Source of the DNA: Phycisphaerae bacterium
Lineage (GTDB): Bacteria; Planctomycetota; Phycisphaerae; UBA1845
Direction: 5' to 3'
Length of the DNA stretch: 64,000 nt
NCBI GenBank assembly: GCA_963666835.2
Contig: CAXXGO010000001.1
Coordinates: 1,600,001-1,664,000, forward strand
Shown here: positions 19,485 through 29,735 of the stretch, one piece after another
How the letters are laid out: every line of letters begins with the position of its first letter
Numbering within the stretch: position 1 is the stretch's first letter
Program-made: the position numbers and the translations under genes
The notes under the pieces: model-generated
The model's input: the letters and a program-made list of their open reading frames with translations, nothing else
What the model was told of the DNA's origin: nothing
Databases searched by the model: none

Positions 19485-20978
19485 CTAGCGCGTGAGCGTG
19501 TCGGGATCACGCAACGGCAATCTGGTTACCTTCCCGAAAAAATCCAGGTGAAGATCAGGGTTCTTGTCGTGCCCGCCGGCGATGACCGTGTCGGTTTCGC
19601 CGACCACGAGAATCACGAGTTCGTCGGGATGCAAGTACTTCTTCGCGACTCGGAGAACGTCGTCGACCGTGACCTTCTTGAGGTTGTCGGTATACGTCTG
19701 CCAGTATGCGGGATCCCGTCCGGTGTACTCGTCGTTTGCGTACGTGTTTAGTACCGCCATTATCGTGGGGAACTGCTGAGGGAAGTACTCGGTCAGCAAC
19801 GAAATCGTCACGTCGAGGTCGTCCTGGTCCACCTTCTCGGTGCGGATCCGGTCGATCTCCGCCAGAGCCAGACCTGTGGCATAGGCGCACGCGTTACTCT
19901 TGGTCTGGAAGTAGCATTGGAAGTCGCCGGGGTAGTACGCTCCCTGGCCGAACTGGCTGCCTACGGTGTAAGCCAACCCCTCGTCGGAGCGGATCTTCCC
20001 GGTCAGACGCGACTGAAAACCCGAGCCACCGAGGATCGCGTTCATGATCCTCAGCGGGAACTCGTCCGGGCTGCCACGCATTATCGACTTATGGCCGATG
20101 GATACGCGGCCCTGGTTGACACCTTCCTTGTCGACCACATACACGCCGGGGACCGGTTGGTGTTGGGGAGCGGGGAAGGTGGTCGGGCCGGGTTCGCCGA
20201 TCGGCCAGTCGGCGAAGGCCTTGCTGATCTTGTTTAGCATCTCGGTGCGGTCGAAGTCTCCGGACACCGTGACAATCATGTTTCCCGGATGATAGTACTT
20301 CCGGTGGAACGCCAGCAGATCCTCTCGGTTGATGGCGTCGATCGACTCCGAGCTGGGATAGCGGGTGCTGAAGTGGGCGTCTCCGTTCATCAGGAAATCC
20401 CACTCGATGCTCTCGATGCTGTCTGTGGAATCGTTGCGGCGCTTAATTTGCTGGACGATGCGTTCCTTGGCCAGTTGCAGTCGGCGCTCGTCAAACCGCG
20501 GATGCCGCAGCATGTCGATCAGCAGCGCCAAGCCGTCGTCCAGGTCCTTGGATAGCACGGAGAGGTTCGCATTCCCTCTGGTGTCGGAAACGTAGGACAT
20601 CAGTCCGGCGGCGAGGAAATCGACGCGTTCATCCAGTTCCTCCGGAGAGAGGTTCTCCGTTCCGCCGTCGCGGATTTGTTCCCCCATCAGCGAGGCCAAG
20701 CCCGCCTTGCCGGGCGGGTCGAAAGCCCCGCCGGTTCGGATTGTTACGCTCATGTCGAAGGTGGGAAACATTCGGTCTTCGGCAATGTACACGACCATGC
20801 CGTTGGGCAGGACCTCCCGGAACTGATCGGCGGGCGGCAGCCGGTAGTCAAGCGGGGCGTAGACCAGATCGTCAGGATGCGCCGGGATCGGCTTGGCGAC
20901 CGGAGAGTCTGCCAAAACGGTGGCACAGATACAAAAGCTCAGCCCGAGGGCGAGCGCGGTTTTTTGGTATGTTGGCAT
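19485..20978 (-). CDS. M16 (pitrilysin) family peptidase, non-catalytic subunit, exported
   Basis: Signal peptide; LPNGMVVY, FHRKYYHPGNM, ILGGSGFQSRL..IRSDEGLAY; no HxxEH. Confidence 0.88.
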   Translation of the reverse strand: MPTYQKTALALGLSFCICATVLADSPVAKPIPAHPDDLVYAPLDYRLPPADQFREVLPNGMVVYIAEDRMFPTFDMSVTIRTGGAFDPPGKAGLASLMGEQIRDGGTENLSPEELDERVDFLAAGLMSYVSDTRGNANLSVLSKDLDDGLALLIDMLRHPRFDERRLQLAKERIVQQIKRRNDSTDSIESIEWDFLMNGDAHFSTRYPSSESIDAINREDLLAFHRKYYHPGNMIVTVSGDFDRTEMLNKISKAFADWPIGEPGPTTFPAPQHQPVPGVYVVDKEGVNQGRVSIGHKSIMRGSPDEFPLRIMNAILGGSGFQSRLTGKIRSDEGLAYTVGSQFGQGAYYPGDFQCYFQTKSNACAYATGLALAEIDRIRTEKVDQDDLDVTISLLTEYFPQQFPTIMAVLNTYANDEYTGRDPAYWQTYTDNLKKVTVDDVLRVAKKYLHPDELVILVVGETDTVIAGGHDKNPDLHLDFFGKVTRLPLRDPDTLTR

Positions 20979-20979
20979 G

Positions 20980-22776
20980 CTACTCGGACTCCTTATCGGC
21001 GGCTTCCAGCTCAGCCACGCGGGCTTTGATGGTCTTAATCATGTACTCGAGCATCGGCGTGCGTTCCTCCGGGACGTTCCCCGAGCTAAGCGCCTGCTCC
21101 ATCATCGACAGTTGTTGTCGCAGTTGGTCCAGACTGTCAGCGTCTTTGAGTTGCTGAATCATGGCTTTGATCTGAGGCACGGCCTCGGGCGGCACGTCGG
21201 CCAGCAAAGCCGCCAGTTCCGGATCGACCTCCGGCGAGGTTCCACCCTTCGTGCGGTATACGGCCACGGTTCGAGTCTTCGGATCGAGATACTTGCGGAC
21301 GACGCGACGGACGTCTTCCGCCGTTACCGCCAGCATCCGGTCCGACGATTCGTTGATGTAGTTCCAATCATACCAGGTTTCGTAGAGGGCCAACTGGAAC
21401 ATCAATCCGACGTTGTTGCGGACCCGACGGATCGAGGATGCCAATACCTGGTTCTTGACTTTCTGCAGCTCATAATCGGTGATCTCACCGTCGCGGAGCT
21501 TGTCGATTTCTTCCAAGAGCAGGCCTTCCACCTCCTCAGGGGTTCGGCCTTCCTTGACCGTAGCGTCGACTTCGAAGTACCCGGCATACTTGCGGGAGTT
21601 ATTCCCGCCGCCGGGCCGGCCGATTGCCACATCTTCGGCAGTGACCAGACGTTTGAACAACCGCCCGCTCTTGCCGGAGAGTAGTTCCCCGGCCACCTCG
21701 AGCGCGGCCTCGTCAGCGTGTCCGATAGCAACGCCGTGATACCGTATTCGAACCTCGGAGTTGGCCTCAACTTCGGCATTGAAGCGACGTTCGGCGATCG
21801 GGGCAGGTTCTTCGGTGACGAGCATCGGGGGTTCGACTTTGCCTCGCGGAATCCGCCCGAAATACCGCTCGGCCAGCTCGATCGCGTGGTCGGAATCGAA
21901 ATCCCCAATGAGCACCATCGTGGCATTGTTGGGGGCGTAATAGACCTTCATGAAGTTGCGAACGTCGTCGCGGGTGATGGACTCCACTTCCGAGGCCCAG
22001 CCGAGCACCGGGCGTCCGTACGGATGACTCTGCCAGAACAGAGCCTCGAAAGCCTCGTCGAACTTACCGGTGGGGGTGCTTTCGGTCGAGAGGCGGCGCT
22101 CTTCGCGGACGTTCTCACGCTCCACGTAGAACTCCCGCATAACGGCGTTGGCCAACCGATCGGAGTCCAGCCAGAAGAACAGCTCCAGCTTGTTGGATGG
22201 AAGCTGCACGAAGTAGATCGTCATGTCTTCGGCGGTCCCCGCGTTCAACATCGCTCCGCCGTTGGCTGAGTAGATCTTGTCGAGCTCGTTGTCCACCATT
22301 AACTCACGCTCGGATGCGAGGAGTCTGTCGTACTCCTTCTTCATGGCCGTGTATTCGGGCGTCCATTGTCCGGGGTCGAGGACGTCCTCGATCTGCCCGC
22401 GCCGTTTGAGTAGGCGCATCCGGCTCATCTCGGTGTTCATTTTCTCGCGGAGCCGGTCCTGCTTGTCGATCAGCGCCTTCTCGGTTGCGTAGTCCGTCGT
22501 ACCGATCGTGGTGGTACCCTTGAACATCATGTGCTCGAACATGTGCGCGATGCCGCTGGTGCCGGCCGGGTCGTTGCACGAGCCCACTTTGAAGATGAGG
22601 CAGGCGGCCACGGTCGGTTGCTCGTGACGCTCGACGAGCAGAAGCTTGAGCCCGTTGTCCAGCGTGTGGACCCGCGGTTGGACGCCTTTCTTCGGCGCGG
22701 CCTCGATCCGCCCAATCGGGGCCAGCCCGCATATAGCTGCGAGCAACAGGATCCGCAGGCGTAGTCTTGTGGTCAT
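20980..22776 (-). CDS. M16 family zinc peptidase, catalytic subunit, exported
   Basis: Signal peptide; GIAHMFEHMMFKGT (HxxEH), HPYGRPVLGW, YYAPNNA. Confidence 0.92.
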   Translation of the reverse strand: MTTRLRLRILLLAAICGLAPIGRIEAAPKKGVQPRVHTLDNGLKLLLVERHEQPTVAACLIFKVGSCNDPAGTSGIAHMFEHMMFKGTTTIGTTDYATEKALIDKQDRLREKMNTEMSRMRLLKRRGQIEDVLDPGQWTPEYTAMKKEYDRLLASERELMVDNELDKIYSANGGAMLNAGTAEDMTIYFVQLPSNKLELFFWLDSDRLANAVMREFYVERENVREERRLSTESTPTGKFDEAFEALFWQSHPYGRPVLGWASEVESITRDDVRNFMKVYYAPNNATMVLIGDFDSDHAIELAERYFGRIPRGKVEPPMLVTEEPAPIAERRFNAEVEANSEVRIRYHGVAIGHADEAALEVAGELLSGKSGRLFKRLVTAEDVAIGRPGGGNNSRKYAGYFEVDATVKEGRTPEEVEGLLLEEIDKLRDGEITDYELQKVKNQVLASSIRRVRNNVGLMFQLALYETWYDWNYINESSDRMLAVTAEDVRRVVRKYLDPKTRTVAVYRTKGGTSPEVDPELAALLADVPPEAVPQIKAMIQQLKDADSLDQLRQQLSMMEQALSSGNVPEERTPMLEYMIKTIKARVAELEAADKESE

Positions 22777-23190
22777 ACGATTCTCCTAGTTCTGATTACG
22801 GTCGGTCCGGGATCCGATGTCGTGTAACGGACGATGGCGTGAGCCCGGTCGGCTTCCGTACGAAGCCGATTCGATTACAGGGCAGAGCCCTGCTGTTTAC
22901 CCTGACGGCATTGTACGAGATTACCGCAGTTGGCGGACCACTCTGACAATGCTGTGCAGCAATTGACAACATCGTACGAATATGGGATCTGCGGGTTGGA
23001 GCGATATCAGACACGGGTGGGTCTTCGGCTGAGAACTGCCAAGCGGTTTGCGCGGTTGGCTCGGCTAGGACCCCGCCGAATGAACTGCAGGCCGATGCCC
23101 GTCGTCAGCCTTGAGTTGCTTAAGGACGGAGGATTGCCAACGGTAATACGTGTTCCAGGTTGTTCGATCGCAATACTAGCCTGAATTCGC

Positions 23191-23670
23191 TCAACAGTGC
23201 GAGCGTGCCAACGCTGGAGTTGGCCCAGACGAATCCGTATCCCACGTTGGACCGAGGTCATAATGAGGGCCGCGCTCTTGCTCACCTTCAACCAAGGGAC
23301 ATCCGATCGCCGCCACCAGCCGACCCAGGCATTTCAAATCCGCGAGGTCTGGTACCGCAGTGCCTTGATCCGCCAAACGTGCCGAGAGCTCTCGGAACTT
23401 CTGAGCTGCAACGGCGGGTCTGTCCGAAACCTCTGCAGCTTCGACTGGGCAAACCTGTTCCATGATCGCCTGCCGCGAACCGCCGGTGAGCAGCTCGTCA
23501 ACACGAGCATCAACGACCTCGTCCGCAAGTCGGTCGAGGAACGTCCGCAGGACCCGACGTGCATCCTCGCCGCTTTATCCGCTGTGGGAAAGGTGTCCTT
23601 TGGCGGTGAGGTAGAGGGTTCGCACCGCGGCGTTAAGCTCGCCGAACTGTCTCAGTCATTGCGCAGTCAT
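23191..23670 (-). pseudogene. Possible degraded gene with two in-frame stops
   Basis: From ATG 23670: MTAQ*LRQFGELNAAVRTLYLTAKGHLSHSG*SGEDARRVLRTFLDRLADEVVDARVDELL..., in frame with ORF 23191..23463; stops at 23656-23658 and 23575-23577. Confidence 0.35.
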
Positions 23671-23821
23671 CAGTCTCTTATCGGTTTTCCATTCGGGCCA
23701 ACCGAGATCAGCTATGTACACGGTGATCTTATAGGACGCAATGCCTCAAAGTCAAGTGGAGAACGTGTTCGAATGCTCCACGCTGCAATCCGTGCAACCT
23801 GACTGCAGGAACGTTGACGTC

Positions 23822-25336
23822 TCAGTCCGCACGCCAGACAGTTCCCTCCGGGCGGTCTTCCAGGGTGATCTTGGATTCGGCCAGCAGGTCGCGGATCATG
23901 TCGGACGTCTCGAAGTCCTTCTTGCCGCGAAGATGCTGACGCACCTTAATGAGCACCTGCATTGCCGCGTCCGTCAGGCCGTCGTCGCCGCCCCCGGATT
24001 TCTCCTGGCGGTCGATGAAGATCCCGATCAGACGCGCAACCGCGATCAGCCAGCCGGCCGCCCCCAGCACCGCCTCTTTGGCTTCGTCGGAACCGCCGGA
24101 TTCGAGCCCTTCCTTCTCGATGAACCGGTTAATCGTTCCGGCAAAGTCGAACAGCGAGGCAATCGCTCCTGCGGTGTTGAAGTCATCGTCCATAGCCTTC
24201 TTGAAGGCCTCGTAGTGTTCGTCACACGCCGATCCGAACTCCGCGTGGCGAACCTCGACCAGCGCGGAAGCACCCGGCTCGCCGATGCGGTTGGCCCTTT
24301 CGTACGGGCACCGGCCGCACACGCGCTCGACCCGCTCGAAGAGACGGTAGAACGTGACCAGCCCCTTGCGCTTGCTCTCGATTTCCTCCTCGGAGTATTC
24401 AATGGGCCGGCGGTACTGCGTGCTCAGTACGAAGAACCGGATCAACTCTCCAGGGTATTCCTCCAGGAGGTTGACGAGGGTCATCTTGAGGAGGGCGGCC
24501 TGCATCTCCGGCGAGGCATCGGACTTCGAGATCTTCTTGGTGTTGACCTTGGTCAGTCCATGGTGCATCCAGGTGTTGGCAAAGGGCTTGCCCGCGGCGC
24601 ACTCGGACTGGGCGATCTCGTTCTCATGATGCGGGAAGATCAGGTCCATCCCGCCGCCGTGAATATCGAAGGTCTCGCCGAGATAGCGGCAGGCCATCGC
24701 CGAGCATTCGATGTGCCACCCCGGGCGGCCATCGCCCCACGGTGATTCGAACTTCACCTCCTTCGGCTCCTCCGGTTTGGCGGCCTTCCAGAGCGCAAAG
24801 TCACCGGCACTACGCTTCTCACCGCTTTTGAGTTCGCGTTGGCCGGTCTGGTCCTCCAGGCGGCGGTTCGACAGCTTCCCGTATTCACGATCCTTTGTCA
24901 CGTCGAAGTATACATCGCCTCCGGATTCGTAGGCGAAGCCCTTACTAACGAGCTTCTTGATGAAGTCGATGATGTCGGAAATATGCTCCGACGCCTTGGG
25001 CATTATGTCTACCGTGTCAACGTGCAGTTTGGCCATCGCCGCGAGATAGTCTGCGGTGATGCGCTCGGCCAGAGCTTCGGTGGTCATGTTCTGACGGGTG
25101 GCTTCCTCTATCAGTTTGTCGTCAACGTCCGTTATGTTGACTACCCACGTCACATCGTACCCGCTGAACACCAGGTAGCGTTTCACGGCGTCGAAGATGA
25201 TCGGTCCGACGGCATGCCCGATGTGGCTGGGTTTGTAGACGGTGGGGCCGCAGACATAGATGCCCACCTTGCCGGGGTTCACCGGCTCGAAAGGCCTCTT
25301 ATCCCGCGTAAGAGTGTTGTATACGACCAAGGCCAT
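23822..25336 (-). CDS. cysS: Cysteine--tRNA ligase
   Basis: YVCGPTVY, HIGH, NITDVDDK, DFALWK, GRPGWHIECSAM, DIHGGGMDLIFPHHENEIAQS, KISKS. Confidence 0.97.
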   Translation of the reverse strand: MALVVYNTLTRDKRPFEPVNPGKVGIYVCGPTVYKPSHIGHAVGPIIFDAVKRYLVFSGYDVTWVVNITDVDDKLIEEATRQNMTTEALAERITADYLAAMAKLHVDTVDIMPKASEHISDIIDFIKKLVSKGFAYESGGDVYFDVTKDREYGKLSNRRLEDQTGQRELKSGEKRSAGDFALWKAAKPEEPKEVKFESPWGDGRPGWHIECSAMACRYLGETFDIHGGGMDLIFPHHENEIAQSECAAGKPFANTWMHHGLTKVNTKKISKSDASPEMQAALLKMTLVNLLEEYPGELIRFFVLSTQYRRPIEYSEEEIESKRKGLVTFYRLFERVERVCGRCPYERANRIGEPGASALVEVRHAEFGSACDEHYEAFKKAMDDDFNTAGAIASLFDFAGTINRFIEKEGLESGGSDEAKEAVLGAAGWLIAVARLIGIFIDRQEKSGGGDDGLTDAAMQVLIKVRQHLRGKKDFETSDMIRDLLAESKITLEDRPEGTVWRAD

Positions 25337-25433
25337 CGGATTCGATCCTCATTAATGGTAACACGTGATCTTTCGGGCTCGAGCTTATCCCTGCGGCCTC
25401 CGCTTCCGGACGGCCGAGGAGCCTCTCGCAGAC

Positions 25434-25928
25434 CTACACTTCGCCCGCATTTGCCAGCGAGGCTACCGCTGTGCAGGCGATTGCGTCGGCATAGCCCAAC
25501 GGGCCCATGCCTTCGTTCGTCTTTGCCTTTACGCTGACACGTTCGGGATCCAGCCCGGTTAGCACGGCGATGGACTCGCCGATCCGGCGCTTGTACGGGG
25601 ACATCTTCGGAGCCTCCGCATGGATGATTATGTCTAGATTACTCGGCCTGAATCCCCGGCCCCGCACCCGCTCCATAGCGTCGGCCAGGAGCACGCGGCT
25701 GTCGGCATCCTTGTACTTCGGATCGGTGTCCGGGAATAGATCGCCGATGTCCGGTAGCCCTGCCGCGCCAAGAAGGGCGTCGGTGACGGCGTGAAGAACC
25801 ACGTCGGCGTCACTATGGCCGACCAAGCCCTTCTCGTGTTGGAGTTCGACTCCGCCCACAACCAGCCGGCGCCCCTCGGCAAGCCGGTGGATGTCGTAAC
25901 CGATGCCGACACGGAATGAATCTGCCAC
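25434..25928 (-). CDS. ispF: 2-C-methyl-D-erythritol 2,4-cyclodiphosphate synthase
   Basis: RVGIGYDIHRL, GHSDADVVLHAVTDALLGA, DIGDLFPDTD, VKAKTNEG. Confidence 0.96.
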   Translation of the reverse strand: MADSFRVGIGYDIHRLAEGRRLVVGGVELQHEKGLVGHSDADVVLHAVTDALLGAAGLPDIGDLFPDTDPKYKDADSRVLLADAMERVRGRGFRPSNLDIIIHAEAPKMSPYKRRIGESIAVLTGLDPERVSVKAKTNEGMGPLGYADAIACTAVASLANAGEV

Positions 25929-26191
25929 TTCAATGATCCTCCAGGTGTCCGTTGTCGGGTCCCACAGGGAACCCGGCTTCTGTATGGAGCCAGCCTATTC
26001 AGATTATCGGCGTTTTTCAAGCCCTCGATTGGACGCGGATGGATCCGGACGCGACGCGGTCGACTGCGAGCCGGTCGAGCCGCTTGCCTGGAACCTTAGT
26101 GTTGGCGTAGAGTTACCGTGCCCCGGTGTGGGCTGGCCGCCCCGGTTGAGGGCGAATCTACCTTGACAAGCTCGTTTTCGGAGAAGTTCGT

Positions 26192-28444
26192 ATGCACCGT
26201 GAAATCTCCCGTAGCCTATGGAGGCTGGCTCTGGTGGCAGCCATGCCCTTGTTAGTTGTTGCTTTGGTTGGATGCGCGACCACGACTCCGCCGGACGACA
26301 ACACGAACGACAACGGTAATACGAACGCCAACACGAACACGAACGACAACACCAATGTCAACGGCGACCCCAACGGAAACAGCGGAACCGACGACGCAGA
26401 CGGTGACGGCGTTGTTGATGGGTCTGATAATTGCCCTGACGTAATCAACGCGGATCAGGTGGATGGCGACGAGGACGGGGTGGGTGATGCGTGCGACAAC
26501 TGCGCGGATCTGGCTAACGCCGACCAAACCGACACCGACGGGGACGGTGTCGGCGACGTTTGCGACGTAGACGACGAAGACGAGGACGGCGTTCCTGACA
26601 TTACAGACAACTGTCCAGCCGATGCCAATGCCGGACAAGAGGACGGAGACGAAGACTCGGTTGGTGACGTTTGTGACAACTGCCCGGAGTTGGCCAATAC
26701 CGACCAGGCCGATACTGACGGAGACGGTACAGGCGATGTTTGCGAGGACTCCGACGGTGATGGAATCGTGGATGGCTCAGACAACTGTCCGGCCGTTGCC
26801 AACGAAGGACAAGCCGATGGCGACGAGGACGGCGTTGGCGACGACTGTGACAACTGCGTGGAGGTTGCCAATCCCAGCCAGGGTGATGCCGATGACGATG
26901 GCATCGGCGATGCGTGCGACGAAGGCGACACGGACGGCGATGGTATCGCGGACAATGCGGATAACTGCCCGGCCGTGTCGAATGATACCCAGGCGAACGG
27001 CGACGGTGACAGTCTGGGAGATGCGTGCGACAACTGCCCCGCCGCTTCCAATGAGGATCAAGCAGATGAGGATGGTGATGGGGTCGGAGATTCGTGCGAT
27101 GATTGTGCGGGCACGCCGGCCGGGGCGGTTGCGGGGTCGAACGGCTGCGCCGATAGCGACGGAGACGGAGTGAGCGACAACGTGGATCAGTGCCCGGATA
27201 CGCCGAGCGGGGACGTGGTGGATGCCACGGGCTGCACGACGACCGATCCCGTCGTTGGCTCGTGCGGAGATGGGATCCTCGATCCGGATAATTCAGAGCA
27301 GTGTGATCCGCCCGATGGTGGTACCTGCGGGGCTGACTGCAGACTGACCGAGCCCGGTAGTGACTCGTGTGCCGATCCGACGGTTGTCGGGCTGGGCAGC
27401 CGGGAGTTTACCAACGTCGGGGCCGACACCGACGGTCCTGAGGCGTGTACGTTGTTCGGTAATCCCCAGATCGACTCAGATCTCTGGTTCTGCTACACCT
27501 CGTCCGCCAGCGAGACGGTTGTCATCAGCCTCTGCGGAAGCAAGTTTGATACGAAGATGGCCGTCTATAACGGCTGCGACTGTCCGGACGCCACGGATGA
27601 TTGGGCTCGGTGCAGCGACGACAGCTGCGGCGCGGGGCAGGAGACGAGGGTCTCTCTGACCATGGTCGAGGACGAGTCGTATTTGATTCGCGTTGGGGGG
27701 TTCCGCAGTCTGCGTTGTGATGGGGGCACTTCGGACGGTGCGGAGTGCGCCGAAGACGCCGATTGTGTCGGTGGCTCGTGCGAACTGAGCGACGTGGTTG
27801 GGTCAACTGAGCAGGGCGAGGGCATTCTTACAATCTATCGCGATGACGATGCCGACCACGGTCTGAATGCGTGCGGGGCCGGATCCGGGGATTGTTTCAC
27901 TGCTAACGGGTCGCCGGGGTGCGAGTTAGAGCAGGTCTGCATCACGACCTGCACGGCAGATCCGTTCTGTTGCGATTCCCGATGGGATGAGTATTGCAGC
28001 GAAAAGGCTGACGGGATTGCGAACGGCTTCGATACTTGTGCATTAGGGGTCGGCGATTGCTTCAATCCTGATGACCCGGTCACTTGTACTACGGACGAAG
28101 ACTGTCCCACGGGAAGCACGTGTACGGATGATGATGAATGCACGCCGCGGAGTGGATGCGAGGATCAGGACTGTTGTCAGGCTGTGTGCGAACTCGACCC
28201 GTTCTGCTGTCTGACGGAATGGGATTCCAAGTGTGCCGAGTCGGTGTCCGATACCTGTCAGATCTACGAAGTGTGCGGTGATCGGGGAAATTGTTCCGCG
28301 GTCCATGAGACGCCGGGATGCTCCGACGTGGACTGCTGCAACGCGGTCTGTGCGGAAGATGTCACGTGCTGCATGGAAGCTTCCGAAGGTGAGGATGCTT
28401 GGGATCAGGTCTGCGTTGATAAGGCCGCCGAAGTGTGCGACTAG
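26192..28444 (+). CDS. Cys/Asp-rich surface lipoprotein with thrombospondin type-3 repeats
   Basis: Lipobox LVGC; Asn/Thr linker; many DxDxDGVGDxCDNCP repeats; three C-terminal CC...WDxxC modules. Confidence 0.85.
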   Translation: MHREISRSLWRLALVAAMPLLVVALVGCATTTPPDDNTNDNGNTNANTNTNDNTNVNGDPNGNSGTDDADGDGVVDGSDNCPDVINADQVDGDEDGVGDACDNCADLANADQTDTDGDGVGDVCDVDDEDEDGVPDITDNCPADANAGQEDGDEDSVGDVCDNCPELANTDQADTDGDGTGDVCEDSDGDGIVDGSDNCPAVANEGQADGDEDGVGDDCDNCVEVANPSQGDADDDGIGDACDEGDTDGDGIADNADNCPAVSNDTQANGDGDSLGDACDNCPAASNEDQADEDGDGVGDSCDDCAGTPAGAVAGSNGCADSDGDGVSDNVDQCPDTPSGDVVDATGCTTTDPVVGSCGDGILDPDNSEQCDPPDGGTCGADCRLTEPGSDSCADPTVVGLGSREFTNVGADTDGPEACTLFGNPQIDSDLWFCYTSSASETVVISLCGSKFDTKMAVYNGCDCPDATDDWARCSDDSCGAGQETRVSLTMVEDESYLIRVGGFRSLRCDGGTSDGAECAEDADCVGGSCELSDVVGSTEQGEGILTIYRDDDADHGLNACGAGSGDCFTANGSPGCELEQVCITTCTADPFCCDSRWDEYCSEKADGIANGFDTCALGVGDCFNPDDPVTCTTDEDCPTGSTCTDDDECTPRSGCEDQDCCQAVCELDPFCCLTEWDSKCAESVSDTCQIYEVCGDRGNCSAVHETPGCSDVDCCNAVCAEDVTCCMEASEGEDAWDQVCVDKAAEVCD

Positions 28445-28612
28445 TGCTACGTCCACTGCTTCTGAGCAGTGCAGCGGTGGGATACCGTAGCTATACGGCC
28501 GGGGGTGTCGGTCCGCCGGCTTCTCGCTCGGAAAGCGTGAATCCGGGCTCTGGCGATAGCGTAGGCGCAGTTCTCGCTCGGGCGGCGAGTCGGTGATATC
28601 AGTGGAGGGGCT

Positions 28613-29095
28613 ATGACCGATCGACGACGAAGAGTGCTCTTTCTGTGTACCGGCAACTCATGCCGCTCCCAGATGGCCGAGGCTATATTGCGCGCGGTTG
28701 GCGGCGATCGCTTCGAAGCCTTGAGCGCAGGATCGCACCCGGCCGGGTTCGTCCACGCGTTGGCGATTGACGCTCTGCGGCGGATGGGGATCTCGATCGG
28801 AAAGCCCGAATCCAAAAGCTGGGACCGGTTTGCGGATTCGCCGGTCGACGTCGTCATTACGCTTTGTGATTCGGCGGCAGCCGAAACGTGTCCGGTCTGG
28901 CCGGGGGATCCGATTCGAGCACATTGGTCGTTGCCCGACCCGGCACAGCATGTCGGACCGGAAGACGAATGCCGCGAGTATGCTCTGCGGGTGGCCAAGC
29001 GGTTGCGCATCAAAGTGCGGGAGCTTGTCAGACTGGATTGGTCGGCGGATCGCACCGAGCTGGAGCGGCAGTTGAGGCGGCTCGGGGAGATCTGA
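28613..29095 (+). CDS. arsC: Arsenate reductase ArsC (thioredoxin-type, LMW-PTP fold)
   Basis: [38 protein letters not shown]. Confidence 0.85.
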   Translation: MTDRRRRVLFLCTGNSCRSQMAEAILRAVGGDRFEALSAGSHPAGFVHALAIDALRRMGISIGKPESKSWDRFADSPVDVVITLCDSAAAETCPVWPGDPIRAHWSLPDPAQHVGPEDECREYALRVAKRLRIKVRELVRLDWSADRTELERQLRRLGEI

Positions 29096-29125
29096 GAGAC
29101 CGTCCGGCGATCGGGAGTCAAGTCC

Positions 29126-29599
29126 ATGTCCAGCGCCCGGGATGATGAGCGGTACATGACCATCGCGATCGACGAGGCGTCTAGGGCTCAAAGCGACGGT
29201 GACGTTCCGGTCGGGGCGGTAGTTGTGCGCAACGGCCGGGTGATCGGGCGCGGCTGCAATCAACGAGAGAGGCTCAATGATCCGACCGCGCATGCGGAGA
29301 TGATCGCCCTGACGGCGGCGTCCGCAGCGGTAGGAAGCTGGCGTCTGGAGGATTGCACGCTCTATGTTACGTTGGAGCCGTGTGCGATGTGTGCGGGGGC
29401 GCTGGTGCTTGCCCGGATTGAACGGCTGGTATTCGGGGCGGTCGACCCCAAGGCCGGGGCGTGCGTCTCGCTTTTCTCGATTCCCACGGATGATCGGCTC
29501 AACCACCAGGTAGACGTAAGCCACGGGGTTCTTGGCGACGAGTGCGCCATGCTCCTGCGCGACTTCTTTGCAGCGCAGCGGGCGCTGGGTAAGAAATAA
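29126..29599 (+). CDS. tadA: tRNA adenosine(34) deaminase
   Basis: [43 protein letters not shown]. Confidence 0.95.
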   Translation: MSSARDDERYMTIAIDEASRAQSDGDVPVGAVVVRNGRVIGRGCNQRERLNDPTAHAEMIALTAASAAVGSWRLEDCTLYVTLEPCAMCAGALVLARIERLVFGAVDPKAGACVSLFSIPTDDRLNHQVDVSHGVLGDECAMLLRDFFAAQRALGKK

Positions 29600-29661
29600 G
29601 CGGCGTTGGCGGTTGCGGGCGTTGTTGATTCGGCACGGCGGGCGGGATCCCGCCGCCCTCC

Positions 29662-29706
29662 GGGTGCCGGACGACGCTTCACGCAGGTCGGCGTCGTTCG
29701 GCACCC
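29662..29706. terminator. 16-bp hairpin between convergent tadA and flagellin
   Basis: GGGTGCCGGACGACGC / GCGTCGTTCGGCACCC inverted repeat. Confidence 0.5.
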
Positions 29707-29735
29707 CAAGGCGCCGGGTGTTGGTGTACTACCTA

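Noticed and set aside
23656..23658. In-frame TGA as selenocysteine or recoding
   Set aside because: A TAA also interrupts the same frame and there is no redox motif context.
23197..23802. 201-aa plus-strand ORF
   Set aside because: No SD or motifs, and opposite to the flanking gene orientation; the minus frame looks more protein-like.
26390..27240. Regular DNA repeats (GACAACTGC.., GACGGCGA..) as a possible CRISPR array or tandem element
   Set aside because: They are degenerate in-frame codons of TSP3 protein repeats; there are no identical repeats with unique spacers and no cas genes.
28613..29095. Arsenic resistance island
   Set aside because: A lone arsC-like gene with no arsR, acr3/arsB or mobility genes.
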